Shown piece by piece: positions 12,340-25,260 of a stretch of 64,000 nt of DNA. The notes beneath the pieces were generated by a model. The model did no database searches, had not been told where the DNA came from, and was given only the letters and a program-made list of their open reading frames with translations. The stretch's first letter is position 1. Every line of letters starts with the position of its first letter. The position numbers and the translations under genes were made by a program. The stretch is from the human T2T-CHM13v2.0 reference genome, Homo sapiens. The DNA lies in assembly GCF_009914755.1 (NCBI RefSeq), contig NC_060925.1; one strand, written 5' to 3'.

Positions 12340-15300
12340 GTGACAGCATGCCCGCCAGCCCGCTCGCCACTCAGCCTGGGGATCCCGCACACCTGAGCCT
12401 TCCCCCTTTCCCGGGGCTGGGAGGCGCTGTGAGTAGGTGCCGTTCGAAGGCTGGAGGGGAGTGGACCCGCTGGGGTAGGGTGGGCTAGTTCCAACTTGGT
12501 ATGAATTCTTATTTGGAGAAAGACACAAAGTTTTGTAGAAAATAGGGGTGAGGTGCGTGGACCCCAAAGCCTAATTTCCCAGCAGAAATCGGCCCTGGAA
12601 CTAGAACTCCCTGATCCCCAGAATTGCAGCTGCGGATGGAGGTCCGGTTCCTGAAGCCTCGGGTTTGGCCGCCGAGTCGCTGCCTGGTGGGAGGAAACTG
12701 GGGTTGGCGCGGGTACCAGCCTGAGCGTTCCTCTGACCCGGAACCGGAGGGTGAGCGCAGCCAGCCCGCGGCCACTGCTCGGGATCCAGCGTTCCCCTCT
12801 GATCTCTCCAGCGCATTGCTTTGGGCTGAATTCTCTCAGCCCTGGGGAGTGGTGCCCAGGCAGGCATGGAAGACTTGAGGGACACACTCAGCTTCCATTG
12901 GTTTGAAACTCATCATTGTGAGCCTGTCTTCCTCTGCCTTCCGGGAAGCTGCTGCATGGGGTGGCTAATAACTAATAAGATGAATTTTTTAAAATTGGGC
13001 CTCCTTTCCCTGGAATAATAAATATCTGGTTTCAGTGTGTGAAGCCTCTGGGAGAATCCTAATCAAGTTTGCTGATTCTGAAGATATTTTAATACAGTTT
13101 AAATGTATCCGCCATTATTTGAAGCTGCTCGTATGTTTTTATTAAAACACAATTCCACTCTCTATCTGCTTTATAAAGCTAGAGGATTTCTTGAAATCTC
13201 CCAATTATTCTTTTTATTTTACTAAATTTTATGGTTGTGAACCGAAGTAATATATAGTAGATGCTCCTTTTGTGTGCAAAGGTCACTCTAACCATGCGTG
13301 AAAAAGCCAAACTTTTTAAAAAGTGGCATTCAAAATATTGCCACACACCTGTTTAATGCATAATGCTAAGGATTTGAAAGGTATAAAAGAATTTAAGGCA
13401 GGACCCAGTCTTACGGATCTTTAAATACCTGAGGACAGAACAATATACCATGAAATGTGTGTAGATGGATAAACCAATAGATAAAAATGTGTAATAAATG
13501 CTAGATATGAACAGTACTGTAGGGGTGCAAAAATGAGAACGATGACTTCCCTGGAAAGATCAAGGAAAGCTTCTTTGAAAAAGTGGAATTTTGCAATGAG
13601 AAGAATTCAGGGAAGCAAAAAAGGAGGAATCAATTTCATTAGGAAGTGATTATTTATTTATTTATTTATTGTTGTGGCAGGAGCAGGGGTTGGGGGGTAG
13701 GGGTGTTAGTAGACTTAAAATCCAAAAGCAGAAGGCTATCAATTTTACAATTACAGCTTTTGTTTCCGCTCTTAGTTGTTGATTGATTACATGCTTTGTA
13801 TCTGCATGTGCAAGCAACCGATAAGGGCTGGAGTTCTAGGAAAGTTTAGACATTAGCTTCTGACTGTAGATGGCTGTGGTGTTTATGTGTAACTGGTGTA
13901 TGATGGATATACTGAGATCATGGATTTCCATGGCTATTGTTTGGTGGAAATTACTGTCTAACACTTGTGAAGCTTTGATTAATGGCAGCATCAAAAGGTA
14001 AATTTGCTGAAAGTTTTGATCAGCTTTTGGGAAGAGATTTCTAATACTTTTCTTCCTGTGTTCTTCTGCTGGACAGACACCAGCTAAGAATATTGAGAGC
14101 TTAATGCAAAGTATAATAACCTAATGCTTATGTTCAAAACAATGTTTATTGACCACAAATATGTTTGATTTCAATTTTTGTTTATCAGAGCTTTATTTTA
14201 TTGAAACAAAGAACAGTCCTTTTCAATTTGGAGGGCGGGATGTTGATACCCTACATGGGAAATTGAAATGATATGTAGTAAAAGGGTTTTACAAATTGTG
14301 AAGTGCTATATGAATGATAAATATTGTGTGAAAGTCATTGGAATTCCTAGTAGAAGAAGGTCTTTGGAGATAATTATGAATATCAATGAAATTATCTCAT
14401 GGAACACCAACATCTCACAAAATTCTATACCCAAAGGTTTTGAGGGAGTTCACGTCACCACAAGCAAAGGAAGAAAGGCATATCTTAAAGTCTATGTCTT
14501 CTGTTTAGACATTATCCCAATTGTCCCACTGAACTAAATGTAAACTTCTCAGAATGCCTTAACTGATTCTCTTTACCGCTACTATTTATCTGGCTGCAAA
14601 TTGGGCAGAGTTCCCTTACAGATGGTCATATGAAGGTGCATGTGTAAAATGTTGTTTATGTTCTCTCCAAAAGTTCCTGTTTAATTAGGTTTATTTGATA
14701 TCTTCCTATATTCTTGCATAGGCAGAGGTGGAAGACATTGTTAGAATATTGCTAGGAATTTTTTTCCAATTATGACAGGGGAGGGTAAGAAATGAAAGCC
14801 TTTCTATTCTTATTATATTGCCAGATGATACTCGATTGCTAATTTTTTTTTACCCTCACATCAGGCCTCAGGAAAATGATGGAATATGCTGGATGTGATG
14901 ACCACCAAGCCATATGCTGCTGCGTATTGAATCAGAATTCCAACAGCCTTTTTTATCTGCCATTGTTTTACATAGTCTGGAGAGAGTTACAGATATTATT
15001 TAGGAAAATGTTCACACCTCCATAGCTGGAGGCCCCAAAGACTGATAAATATGTAGTGTATAAGCTCAGTTACATGATGTTGTTAACATTAACAGTTCCA
15101 AGATTAAATTCAACAGGTGGTCCTAATCCCCAGCACCTGAATTTCACAAATTACAGCCTGTCTGCAATGATGGTCTTGTCTCATATGGCTGCAGACTGAA
15201 TTACTGTTGAGATTAAATCACTGTGTGCTTTTGTTGAAATATATGCTGCAAGTCAAGTCAGTGATGAGCGGCATGTGTTGAGGCTTAAAATATCACTTTT

Positions 15301-15663
15301 CATGGTCATATTCTCTACTTCCTCTTTCACAAACTATGTGAGCTGCAATTGTAATTTCAGTATCACTAAATGAAGGCTACATGGAGTTTCTTGTCATAAT
15401 GAAGGCATTTTCTGTTTGAGTCTTTCTCTTCTTTCCCAATCCCTTTCCCCAGACCAATTCCCACAAATGTTCCACCAACTCATTTCCATCGTGTTACATG
15501 TCTGTGTCTTCAGGTACTATATCTGTATTCTAACATTACTCTCTCAGTCCCGATTTGTGGAAGCCAATGATAACAAGATTGCTTAGGTACAACTGAAGAA
15601 GCCAATTTTCATGGCTTTGGGAACCTTCTGCATTTAGAACTGTAGCCTAATGTATAACCAAGC

Positions 15664-15665
<2 letters not shown>

Positions 15666-15717
<52 letters not shown>
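15666..15717. repeat. (AC)26 microsatellite
   Basis: Uninterrupted AC dinucleotide run followed by a short phase-shifted CA tail. Confidence 0.97.
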
Positions 15718-15718
<1 letters not shown>

Positions 15719-16699
15719 ACACACATTAAATCAAGAAATACTCAGAGGAAAGCTCCAAGTCTTATAGCAGAATGGAAGGGAACATGGAACACAGTTCAGT
15801 TTCCAGTCTGGATCTCGTCTGGGTAGATGAGGTCATTTGCCATCTGGTAGACCCTGTGAAATGAAACCGTGAGCTAATTCCCATTTCTAGAGGACAGGCT
15901 CTTATCACAGAAGGCCCACTATCACCCAGACTGCCCTTTACTGAAATGGCTTATGAAAGGGCGGTGATCAATGGGGTCTACAGCTAAGCAGCTATCTCTT
16001 TGCTTCAGAAGTAGCCCCCAGGGATGGATTTTACACATACCAATAACATACTTGTCCTTGGTTCTTTCCATTTTTAGGCACTCAGTTATTCAGACAAATC
16101 AAAATTGCTTAGTGGTAATAGTACTATTACTATTAACTGGTAACTATCTGGTTGGAGTGGTAAGACAAGTGAATGCAAGAACTGAAAAATAGTCATCCAA
16201 AACCGGAATTTGGATAAATGCCATCTAACTTATTTTAAAATTATGGGATGAGTATTCCCCTTTTAGAAAAGTATATAAATTATCAAACACAAGTTTACAT
16301 AATTTATTTGACCACATTTTATGACATTTGAGTTGTGAATGAATGACTGAAATGAATGCTAATCATTTGAATCTCAAGGAAATTCAAAGTGAGCTAATTT
16401 TCAATGCTCAGGTATTATAAGATGTAATCTGCCAATGATGATGAAACCCTGTTACCACAAAGCATCAAACCCCCAAAATCAGAAAAAGAACACTATTTTG
16501 TGGGTGAGGAGTTGCAATAATGTAGTCACTTTTAACAGGATAAATGTTTTTTATAACATTTATTAAAATACTTAACCTTCCTTAAATCTGTGACAGCCAG
16601 GATAATTTTTCCAACTTCCCACATGGGTAATTTCAAGATATCACTATCCTCCTGTAAATGGCAGATGAGTTTGACCAGGCTCACTCTTAAATTCCAGGC

Positions 16700-17100
16700 A
16701 TGCTGGCTTTCCTGCTGATCTGTGAACATTCATTCTGCCTCAGGACCTTTGCACATGCTCTTCTCTCTTCCTGGAAAGCTCTTCCCCAAGGTCTTTTGCA
16801 TGGTTGATTCCTTCTGGTCATTCAGTCATCAGGTCACATGTCATCTTCTTATGGACCACATTCTTTAACTAGCCCCTCCTCAACAGTCATTCTCTGTCAT
16901 ATTAGCCTGTTTTATTTTCCTTATAACACTTAACAATATCTGAAATAATCTTAAAGTTTATTTGTCTATTTTCTGCCCTTCCCCCAACTAGAATCTAAGT
17001 ACTGTGACAGCAATGTCTTTGTACATCTTGTTGACCAGTTTAACCCCAGGACCTACAACAATATCTAAAATTTAATGGGTACACAATAAGTATGTATGGA
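16700..17100 (+). mobile_element. L2 LINE 3' fragment
   Basis: ctgcctcaggacctttgcacatgct...cctggaa.gctcttcccc...actagaatctaag. Confidence 0.6.
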
Positions 17101-17985
17101 AAGAAAGAAGGGAGTGAAGGTGGAGGAGAGAAGGACAGACCTACTTACCTATGTCAACTTTTTTCTCTACAAGAATCATCATTGCAATCTCAAGACCCTA
17201 GTATGTCTCATTTTTCCAAAATTTGTTCTGCCCACAAAAGTAATTCTAATAACAGGGAGGAAGAGGAGGAAATGATTTAAGAGGAAAGACAAAAGAATCT
17301 TTGGGAATGAGATTTAGGGGTCCATGTTTAATAAGCTTCCTTTTTAAATATTGCACACATTAAACTTTGAGAAACACTGTTTGAAATGTTTTTAATCATC
17401 ACAATGTGTAGTTCTGTAGCTAATTCATTTCTAGGTTTTTGAACTAATCATAGCCCTTGGTAAATACTTGTTGAAGGCCTAGTAGTTTCAAAATTGAGCA
17501 TTCTGGAGGAAGAACACAATCCCTACCCTCAAAGAACCTTTGATCTAATCGTTGCAGAGAAAAGACAAAGAAGCAAGAAAAGTTCAATAATAAGGCAAGC
17601 ACTGAATAATAATTTGAAATCAGGAAGCAATAAATCAAGGCACTGACTCTAAAAAGGAGATAATTTCTGTGATCTTTCTCCATCTATAAAACAAGTTAAA
17701 TTCTATTATTACCTTAGAAGTTTGTTAAGCTTTCAAACTAATATTCCACTCTTTATTAGCCTCATATCTCTTCATGCATGTGTGCAGGGTATCCAATGAA
17801 TAATTACTGAACAAATTGGATATCAAAGCAACTTCAAAGTGGCTTGATTTTAAATTCAAAATATTGTCTCTTTATGATTTTCCTCGGCATGACATAGGGT
17901 CTTCTGCACTTGTTAAGTTAAACCTTCTTGAATGTCTCTGTAACATATGGTGACCACCTTAACCAAGCTAAATCTCATAATTCAT

Positions 17986-18424
17986 TGTACTAGTCAGGGT
18001 TCTGTAAAGAGATAAAGCTAATAGGATATTATATTATATATATGGGAGTTTATAAAGTATTAACTTACACGATCACAGCTTCCCACAATAGGCTGTCTGC
18101 AAGCTTGAGGAGCAAGGAGAGTCAGTCTAAGTCTCAAAACTGTAGAATTTAGAGTCCGATATTCAAGGGCAGGAAGCGTCCAGCATGGGAGAAAGATGTA
18201 GGCTGGGAGACTAGGCCCATCTCACCATTTCACATTTTTCTGCCTGTTTTATATTCGCTGGAAGCTGATTAGATTGTGCTCATGAGATTAAGGGTGGCTC
18301 TGCCTTCCCCAGCGCACTGACTCAAATGTTAATCCCTTTTGGCAACACCCACGAAGACACACCCAGGATTAATACTTTGTATCCTTCAATCCAATCAAGT
18401 TGACACTCAGTATTAACCATCGCA
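17986..18424 (-). mobile_element. HERV-L 3' LTR (MLT2A1-like)
   Basis: Minus strand TGCGATGGTTAATACTGAGTGTCAACTTGATTGGATTGAAGG ... CCCTGACTAGTACA. Confidence 0.9.
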
Positions 18425-18899
18425 AGTCCACCCCTTGTCAACTTGAACCCAAACACATCTCCTGAGATCATACATAATCTTCAAATAAAGACAATAATGA
18501 GGTCATAATAATGCCTAACATAATAAAACTATCCTTCATACAACTGGAAACACACCAACCCCCAACCCAAATACTATTACAAAAAGTTATCAATACTTAA
18601 ATGCTGATATGCAGTCAATACATCTTATGTCACATGATAAAGGAAAAGGAAACAAAATTAAGATATTTTCTTAGTACAAATGTATACATGCACAAACGTT
18701 TTTAACAGAAGAAGGAAGAAATACTCATGACAATTACAGTCCTCGTTTCTGCAGCTGCTCAAGTAGCTAGTAATGATTACTACCTTCTTCTACTACTCAT
18801 TGTCTTCCCTTTGCCTTCAGCAAGCACCTCAGCAGGTCATGGTTTTTTTTCCTGGTGGAGTGACCCAAGCCTTCATTCCTGAGGGGTCTGGGTCACTTG

Positions 18900-21800
18900 T
18901 AGTCCTACCTGGATTGGGCGGTTGTAATTTCCCATTGACTTTAATCACAGGGCATGGTAATAACCTAATGGACACCCTAAAGGATCTCCCGTATCCCATG
19001 CATACTCTTTCTTACCTCCGTTGTGGAGTAGTGGACTGATTTCATCTTGATAGTCTGGGTCAGTCACCCCAGCCAATACTGTAACTCCCTTCTTAGCCTG
19101 TTGACTTAAAGGTAGGAGGAACCCAAGGTGTCCAGGTGGCAATCTTAACTCTCAGTTTAATGGAATCATTGTTGTGTCTCCAGATGGCAGCGTTCCTCTC
19201 TCTGGAGCTAAGACCTCTAGGACAGCAGAACATTATGTTGCAGGAACAGGAAGCAAAACTTTTGCTAGTGGATCACTAGGGGTGATGGTGAGTGGTTCCG
19301 CTTCCACTTCCACCTCTTGATTCCTGGACCCGTGCATCCTGGCTATGGGAGAAACAGTACCATATATTGGACACTGATGCAGAGCATACATCCCTGCCAC
19401 CATGGCCTTCTGGAGAACTTTGCCCCAGCCCTGCAAAGTACTGTCACCTAGTTGGCATTGTAATTGTGACTTCGAAAGGCCAGTCCACCGTTCTATAAAT
19501 CCAGCTGCTTAAGGATGATGGGGAACATGGTAAGACCAGTGAATTCCATGAGCATGAGCCCACTGCCACACTACTTTAGCTGTAAAGCAAGTGCCTTGGT
19601 CAGAGGCAATTGTGTGTGGAATATCATAATGGTGGATAAGGCATTCAGTGAGTCCACGGAAGGTAGTCTTGGCAGAAGCATTGTGTGCAGGATAGGCAAA
19701 CACGTATCTGGAGTAAGTGTCTATTCCAGTTAGGACAAACCTCTGCCTTTTCCATGATGGAAGAGGTCCAATATAATCAACCTGCCACCAGGTAGCTGGC
19801 TGATCACCCCAAGGAATGGTGCCATATCGAGGGCTCAGTGTTGGTCTCTGCTGCTGTCAAGTTGGGCACTCAGCAGTGGCCATAGCCATGTCAGCCTTGG
19901 TGAGTGGAATTCCATGTTGCTGAGCCCATGTGTAACCTCCATCCCTGCCACCATGGCCATTTTGTTCATGGGCCCATTGAGCAATGACAGGGGTGGCTGG
20001 GGAAAGAGGCTGAGTTGTGTCCACAGAATAGATCATTATTAAAATCCTCCTCTGCTGAAGTCACTCCATGTGAACACTCACACGGGATACAAATATCTTC
20101 ACATTTTTTGACCCCTCAGATAGGTCCATCCACATACCTCTTCCTTAAATTTCTTTGTCACCAATTTTCCAGTCGTGCTTCTTCCAAGTCCCTGACCATC
20201 CAGCCAAACCATTGGCTACAGCCCATGAATCAGTATATAATCTCACATCGGACCGTTTCTCCTTCCATGCAAAGTGCACAACCACGTGCACTGCTCAAAG
20301 TTCTGCCCACTGCGAAGATTTCCCTTCACTGCTGTCCTTCAGGGATGTCCTAGAAAGGGCCATAGTGCTGCAGCTGTCCACTTTTGGGTGGTGCCTGCAT
20401 AACCATGCAGAACCATCTGTGAACCAGGCCTTAGTCTTCTCGTCTCTGTCAACTGATCATAGGGAACTCCCCATGAGGCCATCTGCTGGGCTGAGGGAGA
20501 GAAGGCAGGGTGGCAAGAATGGAGACCATGGGCATTTGAGCCACTTCCTCATGTAACTAACTTGTGCCTTCAGGACCTGCTCAAGCCCGATCACGTATAC
20601 ACCACTTCCATTTGATGATGGGATGTTGCTGTGCAAAACCCGCTTTTTGGCTGGATGGGCCAGAAAACACTCAGTTCATGATAGGCAATTCAGTTTGCAT
20701 GGTGACTTGATGACCCATAGCCAAATGATCAGTTTCCACCAAAGCCCAGTAACAGCAAAAGGAGGGTAATTATCTGCAGATGGCAGGGCCTTGCTCCAAA
20801 ATCCTAGAGGCCTCTGCGGTGATTCACCTTTTGGGCTTGCCAAAGGCTCCAAATAGCATCCCTATCTGCCACTGACACCTCAAGCACCATTGGATCTGCT
20901 GGGTCATATGGCCCAAGTGGCAGAGCAGCTTGCACAGCAGCCTGAGCCTGTTGCAGAGCCTTCTCCTGTTCTGGACCCCACTCAAAACTGGCAGCCTTTC
21001 GGGTCACTTGATAAATGGGCCAGAGTGACACACTCAAATGAGGAATGTGTTGCCTCCAAAATCTAAATAGGCCCAGTAGGTGTTGCTTCTCTTTCTTCAT
21101 TGTAGGAGGGCCCAAATGCAGCAACTCATCCTTCACCTTAGAAGGAATATCTCAACAGGCCCCTCACCACTGGACCCCTAGAAATTTTACTGAGGTAGAA
21201 GTTCCCTGAATTTTAGTTGGATTTATTTCCGATCCTCTGGCATGCAAATGTCTCACCAATAAGTCCAGTGTGTTTGCTACTTCTTGCTCACTGGATCCAA
21301 TCAGCATGATGTCATTAATGTAATGGACCAGTGTGATATCTTGTGGGAGTGAAAAGCAATCAAGGTCTCTCTGAATAAGATTATGACACAAAGCTAGAGA
21401 GTTGATATGCCCCTGAGGCAGGACAGTAAAGGTATATTCCTGGCCTTGCCAGCTGAAGGCAAATTGCTTCTAGTGGGCCTTATGGACAGGAATGGAGAAA
21501 AAGGCATTTGCCGAATCAATGGCTACATACCAGGTATGAGGAGATGTGTTAATTTGCTCAAGCAATGAAACCACATCTGGTACAGCAGCTGCAATTGGAG
21601 TCCCCATTTTGTTAAGTTTATGATAATCCACTGTCATTCTCCAAGATCCGTCTGTCTTCTGTCCAGGCGAAATGGGAGAGTTGAACAGGGATGTGGTAGG
21701 ACTCACCACCTCTGCATCTTTCAAGTCCTTGATGGTGGCACTAATCTCTGCAATCCCTACAGGGATGCGATATTGTTTTTGATTTACTATATTTCTAGGT

Positions 21801-22150
21801 AGAGCCATCTCTAATGGCTTCCATTTGGCCTTTCCCACCATAATAGCCCTCACCCTACCAGTCAGGGAGCCAATGTAGGGGTTCTGCCAGTTACTAAGTA
21901 TGTCTATGCCAGTTATGCATTCTGGCACTGGGGAAATGTCTACAGGATGAGTCTGGGGACCCACCAGACCCACTGTAAGTCAGACCTGAGCTAAAACTCC
22001 ATTAATTACCTGACCTCCATAAGCCCCTACTTTAATGGGAGGACCTCAACGACATTTTAGGTACCCTGGAATCAATGTCAGCTCAGAGCCAGTGTCCAGT
22101 ATCCCCAAAATGTCTGATCATTTCCCTTTCCCCAGTGCACAGGTACCCTG
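18900..22150 (-). pseudogene. HERV-L pro-pol-dUTPase remnant (frameshifted)
   Basis: RT motifs [29 protein letters not shown] and [12 protein letters not shown] (YIDD changed to YIND); integrase IASDQGTCFT; dUTPase-like PPGHLGFLLP...GVTDPDYQDEI. Confidence 0.85.
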
Positions 22151-22254
22151 GTAAAAGGCTGGCGATCTCCTGGGGAAAGGATGGGAAAAAGAGTCACTGC
22201 ATAAATTGTCAGTAATGTAGTGGGGTCCTTCCTCAAGGGGATCCAGGCTCCCCT

Positions 22255-23966
22255 TCATTCAAGGCGTTCTGGGTCTGTAAACTGGCTCAAGTCTGGAAAT
22301 TTATTGAGGGGACAGGATTCTCTGTTTTTACAATTCAAATTAGTCTTTTGTCCATTTGACTTCGAAGTTTTCTGCTTGTATAAATTAAGTAGAAATGCAG
22401 TAGGCTTCTTATCAATTTCACTTCTAGGAACACCATGATTAATTAGCCAATGCCAGAGCTCTACATGAGTCAGGCTATTCTGATTGCTGCTTTGCCTCTG
22501 CTGTCCATTAAGGTAGCTATGCCCACCTTGCCTTTGACAGTTGAGTGCCATCACTTGGCCCCTGCCACCTCAGGATCCAGTTATTCCCACTGTATTTACA
22601 TTTTGTAGTTGAGTGACTTGGTTCCCACTGTTAGATCTGACATACAGAGAAGACCAATTATAGGACTCTTCAAAAACATAAGTGCTGCCCTCATAAATCT
22701 ATTTCACAAGGCATTGATCAAGGGTATGTCTTCTGGAACCTCCCAGCTGGGATGAGTATGTCTAAAGTGACTAATCCACTCCACCATCCCAATCTCCCTA
22801 AGCCTTTGGGTCCCTTCCTCTACATTAAACCAGGGGAGACCAGGCATTTCCAGCTCACTCACAGTGAGTCATCTTTTAATTCATATTTCATCTAACCAAG
22901 CAAATAAACTATTAGAACCTTTTTTTAACTCCCTGAGCTGCAGTATTAAAAGCAGAGTGGGCCCAAATCAATAAATTCAGCCTGATCCAACTCTATGTTC
23001 CTTCCACCATTGTCCCATACCCTTAATATGCATTCTTATGCCTGTTCTCCAGAATGCTGTTTATATAAATTAGAGAATTCAAACAGTTATTTTCAAGTGT
23101 AGCACACCTCCTATTGGGTCACACTCTCAACCTCATCTCTAGGGGTCCACTGGGACTTTAGTCTAGTTACAGGTCTAGAAGCAAACAGGGGTGTTGGGGT
23201 GGCTCCTGAGGAGAATCAACATTATTTGGCCTGGTGAGTGCCTCAGGGAGGCCATCACTGTTGCCTCAGGCAGCACAGGGTTTATGTCCTCAGACAGATG
23301 TGGAAAGGCTATGGCAGTGTGGGTCAGGGAGGAGATGTTGCCACTACTGGGGATGGGGAAGCTGTTCCTTCTGGCAAAAAAGGTCCATCAGAGTTTACAA
23401 ACTCAGTATCCCCAGCTTCATTAGGGTCCTCCACACATCCCATTCCAAGTTGCAGGGTCCCATTCTTTTCCAATCAATGCCTTTAACAGTAGACACTGGG
23501 TGAGGCTGTGCATGCACCTTTTGTTGCAAGTCAGCCACTTGCACGATAAGAACTTGTGTCTGTTTTCCACAATTTCAGCTCTTTCTCTACGGGAGATAAG
23601 ACTCTCACTCAGGGCAGTCTTATCAGATTTAAGGCTCAGTATCTGCTTCTGAAGCCAGGAGACAGAATCCCTGAGTTCATCATTTTCTTTCATCACTTTG
23701 TCCACTGAACTTAGGACCAACCAGCTTCATTATGTTCTTTGGTTCTCCACATATGGTCAAAGGTATTAGGTATAGTCACTAAACTCCTTGCCTCTTAGGA
23801 GCGGTGAATCAGGAGTGTCAAATGCATTTATTTTGCATAACTCTCTAAACAGTTTATGCCAAGGACTATCAGTGTTTTCCATAGTATTAGAACTAGAGTT
23901 CTTGGCATTTTGGGGTCTAATCATATTAAGCAGCCAACTTCCCCAAAACCAACAAAAGAACTCCAT
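22255..23966 (-). pseudogene. HERV-L gag remnant (frameshifted)
   Basis: Fragments NTDSPWHKLFRELCKINAFD, DKVMKENDELRDS, ALIGKEWDPATWNG and LWHWLINHGVPRSEID occur in different frames. Confidence 0.8.
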
Positions 23967-24010
23967 CCTTAATATTCAGTTCCTCTAGAACCACTCCTGC
24001 TACAAAAATC

Positions 24011-24416
24011 TGTATTAGTCAGCATTCTCTAGAGAGATAGAACTAATAGGACATATACACATAATACTTAATAGTTTATTAAGTATTAACTTACACAATC
24101 ACAGGTTCCACAATAGGCTGTCCACAAGCTTGAGGAACAAAAAGAGCCAGTCCGAGTCTCAAAATTGAAGAACTTGGAGTCCAGTGTTCGAGGGCAGGAA
24201 GCATCCAGCATGGAAGAAAGATGTAGGCTAAGAGGCTAGGCCGGTCTTGCCAGCTTTGCTGGAAGCTGATTAGATTGTGCCCATCAGATTAAGGGTGGAT
24301 CTGCCTTCCCCAGCTCACTGACTCAAATGTTAATCCCTTTTGGCACACACACACCCAGGATTAATACTTTGTATCCCCCAATCCAATCAAGTTGACACTT
24401 AGCATTAACTATCACA
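24011..24416 (-). mobile_element. HERV-L 5' LTR (MLT2A1-like)
   Basis: Minus strand TGTGATAGTTAAT...GTGTCAACTTGATTGGATT ... GACTAATACA; homologous to 17986-18424. Confidence 0.9.
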
Positions 24417-24979
24417 CTCATGCTATGGTGAATGTGGATATAATTGTGTTGACCACAAGACAGAATATTTGCAGTCAGGTCTGTCTTAGAAACATGATAC
24501 CTATTATAAAAGAGAATTTCCGTAACCTGTAGGGTGAAGTGTCAGTACAATTTCTGCTTTGCAAATACTAGGATTATGGAAGATTAAATGTGTGAAAGGA
24601 CTTTGAAAAATTAAAACATATCATTAATCAACAAGTCATTCCTTAAAACCTCTTATTCACCTACTATATACTCTTTGGACAGCTGTGTAGGGTCTTAAGT
24701 ATAGAATGACAAGGAGTGATTATCTCTTAAATAATATTGTCATCCGTATCCCAGAACTTGATCCAACGGAAGAACTCTCATGGGAGTCAGTGAATTTATG
24801 ATCAAATGATTGGTAAAACTTTTGGGGGGAGGTATGTGCATTTATGAGATGTGTTCAAATTCTTCTCCATAAGCTCCAAGTCTTAAACACTTAGTCTGGG
24901 CCTGGGACAAATAAATATATTTATTGCCTGTTCTATTCAATATGTCTTTCTAAATAAAAAATCACAGGAATGCATAGTC

Positions 24980-25260
24980 TCAGCATAGACAGCCCATCTG
25001 CAGTGAAACCTTCCCTGACTTATAGCCCAGGTTTGATCTGAGCTGTATGTTTTGTCTTCATAGCTGAGATCCCATGACAATACTTATTCCACTTTATTGT
25101 TATTTCTTGTCTAAAATTGTCTGCCTTCCCTACTAGACAACCAGCTCTTGGAAACCAGGCATTTTTTTTTCTCTCTTTTTCTGTCATTGTAGTCCCAGCC
25201 TTTAACATAATGCCTGGCATATAATGAGTCTTCAATAAGTACTTGTTGAATGAATGAGAA
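24980..25260 (+). mobile_element. L2 3' fragment
   Basis: Ends in tgcctggcatataa....ttcaataagtacttgttgaatgaatga. Confidence 0.6.

Larger units (their letters stand above)
11020..12810. promoter_or_regulatory. CpG island spanning promoter, exon 1, intron 1 and exon 2
   Basis: Abrupt switch to GC-rich, CpG-dense sequence (e.g. ccgcgcttcccgggtcccgcggctcccgcgcgcg) against CpG-depleted AT-rich flanks. Boundaries by eye. Confidence 0.9.
17986..24416 (-). mobile_element. HERV-L provirus, near full length (about 6.4 kb), MLT2A1-type LTRs, env-less
   Basis: Two LTRs, PBS-like GATTTTTGTAGCAGGAGTGG after the 5' LTR, PPT AAGGGGTGGAC before the 3' LTR, gag/pol/dUTPase remnants in the ORF track, 5-bp TSD ttcat (17981-85) / ctcat (24417-21). 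Confidence 0.93.

Noticed and set aside
12046-12396. 116-aa ORF as a stand-alone gene
   Set aside because: It is exon 2 plus flanking intron; splice signals delimit the true coding part at 12094-12339.
12000-12887. 295-aa minus-strand ORF and overlapping polyCys/polyLeu/polyAla ORFs
   Set aside because: Expected by-product of a stop-poor CpG island and the CAG/CTG repeat read in other frames. No recognisable domain, and it overlaps the real exon 2.
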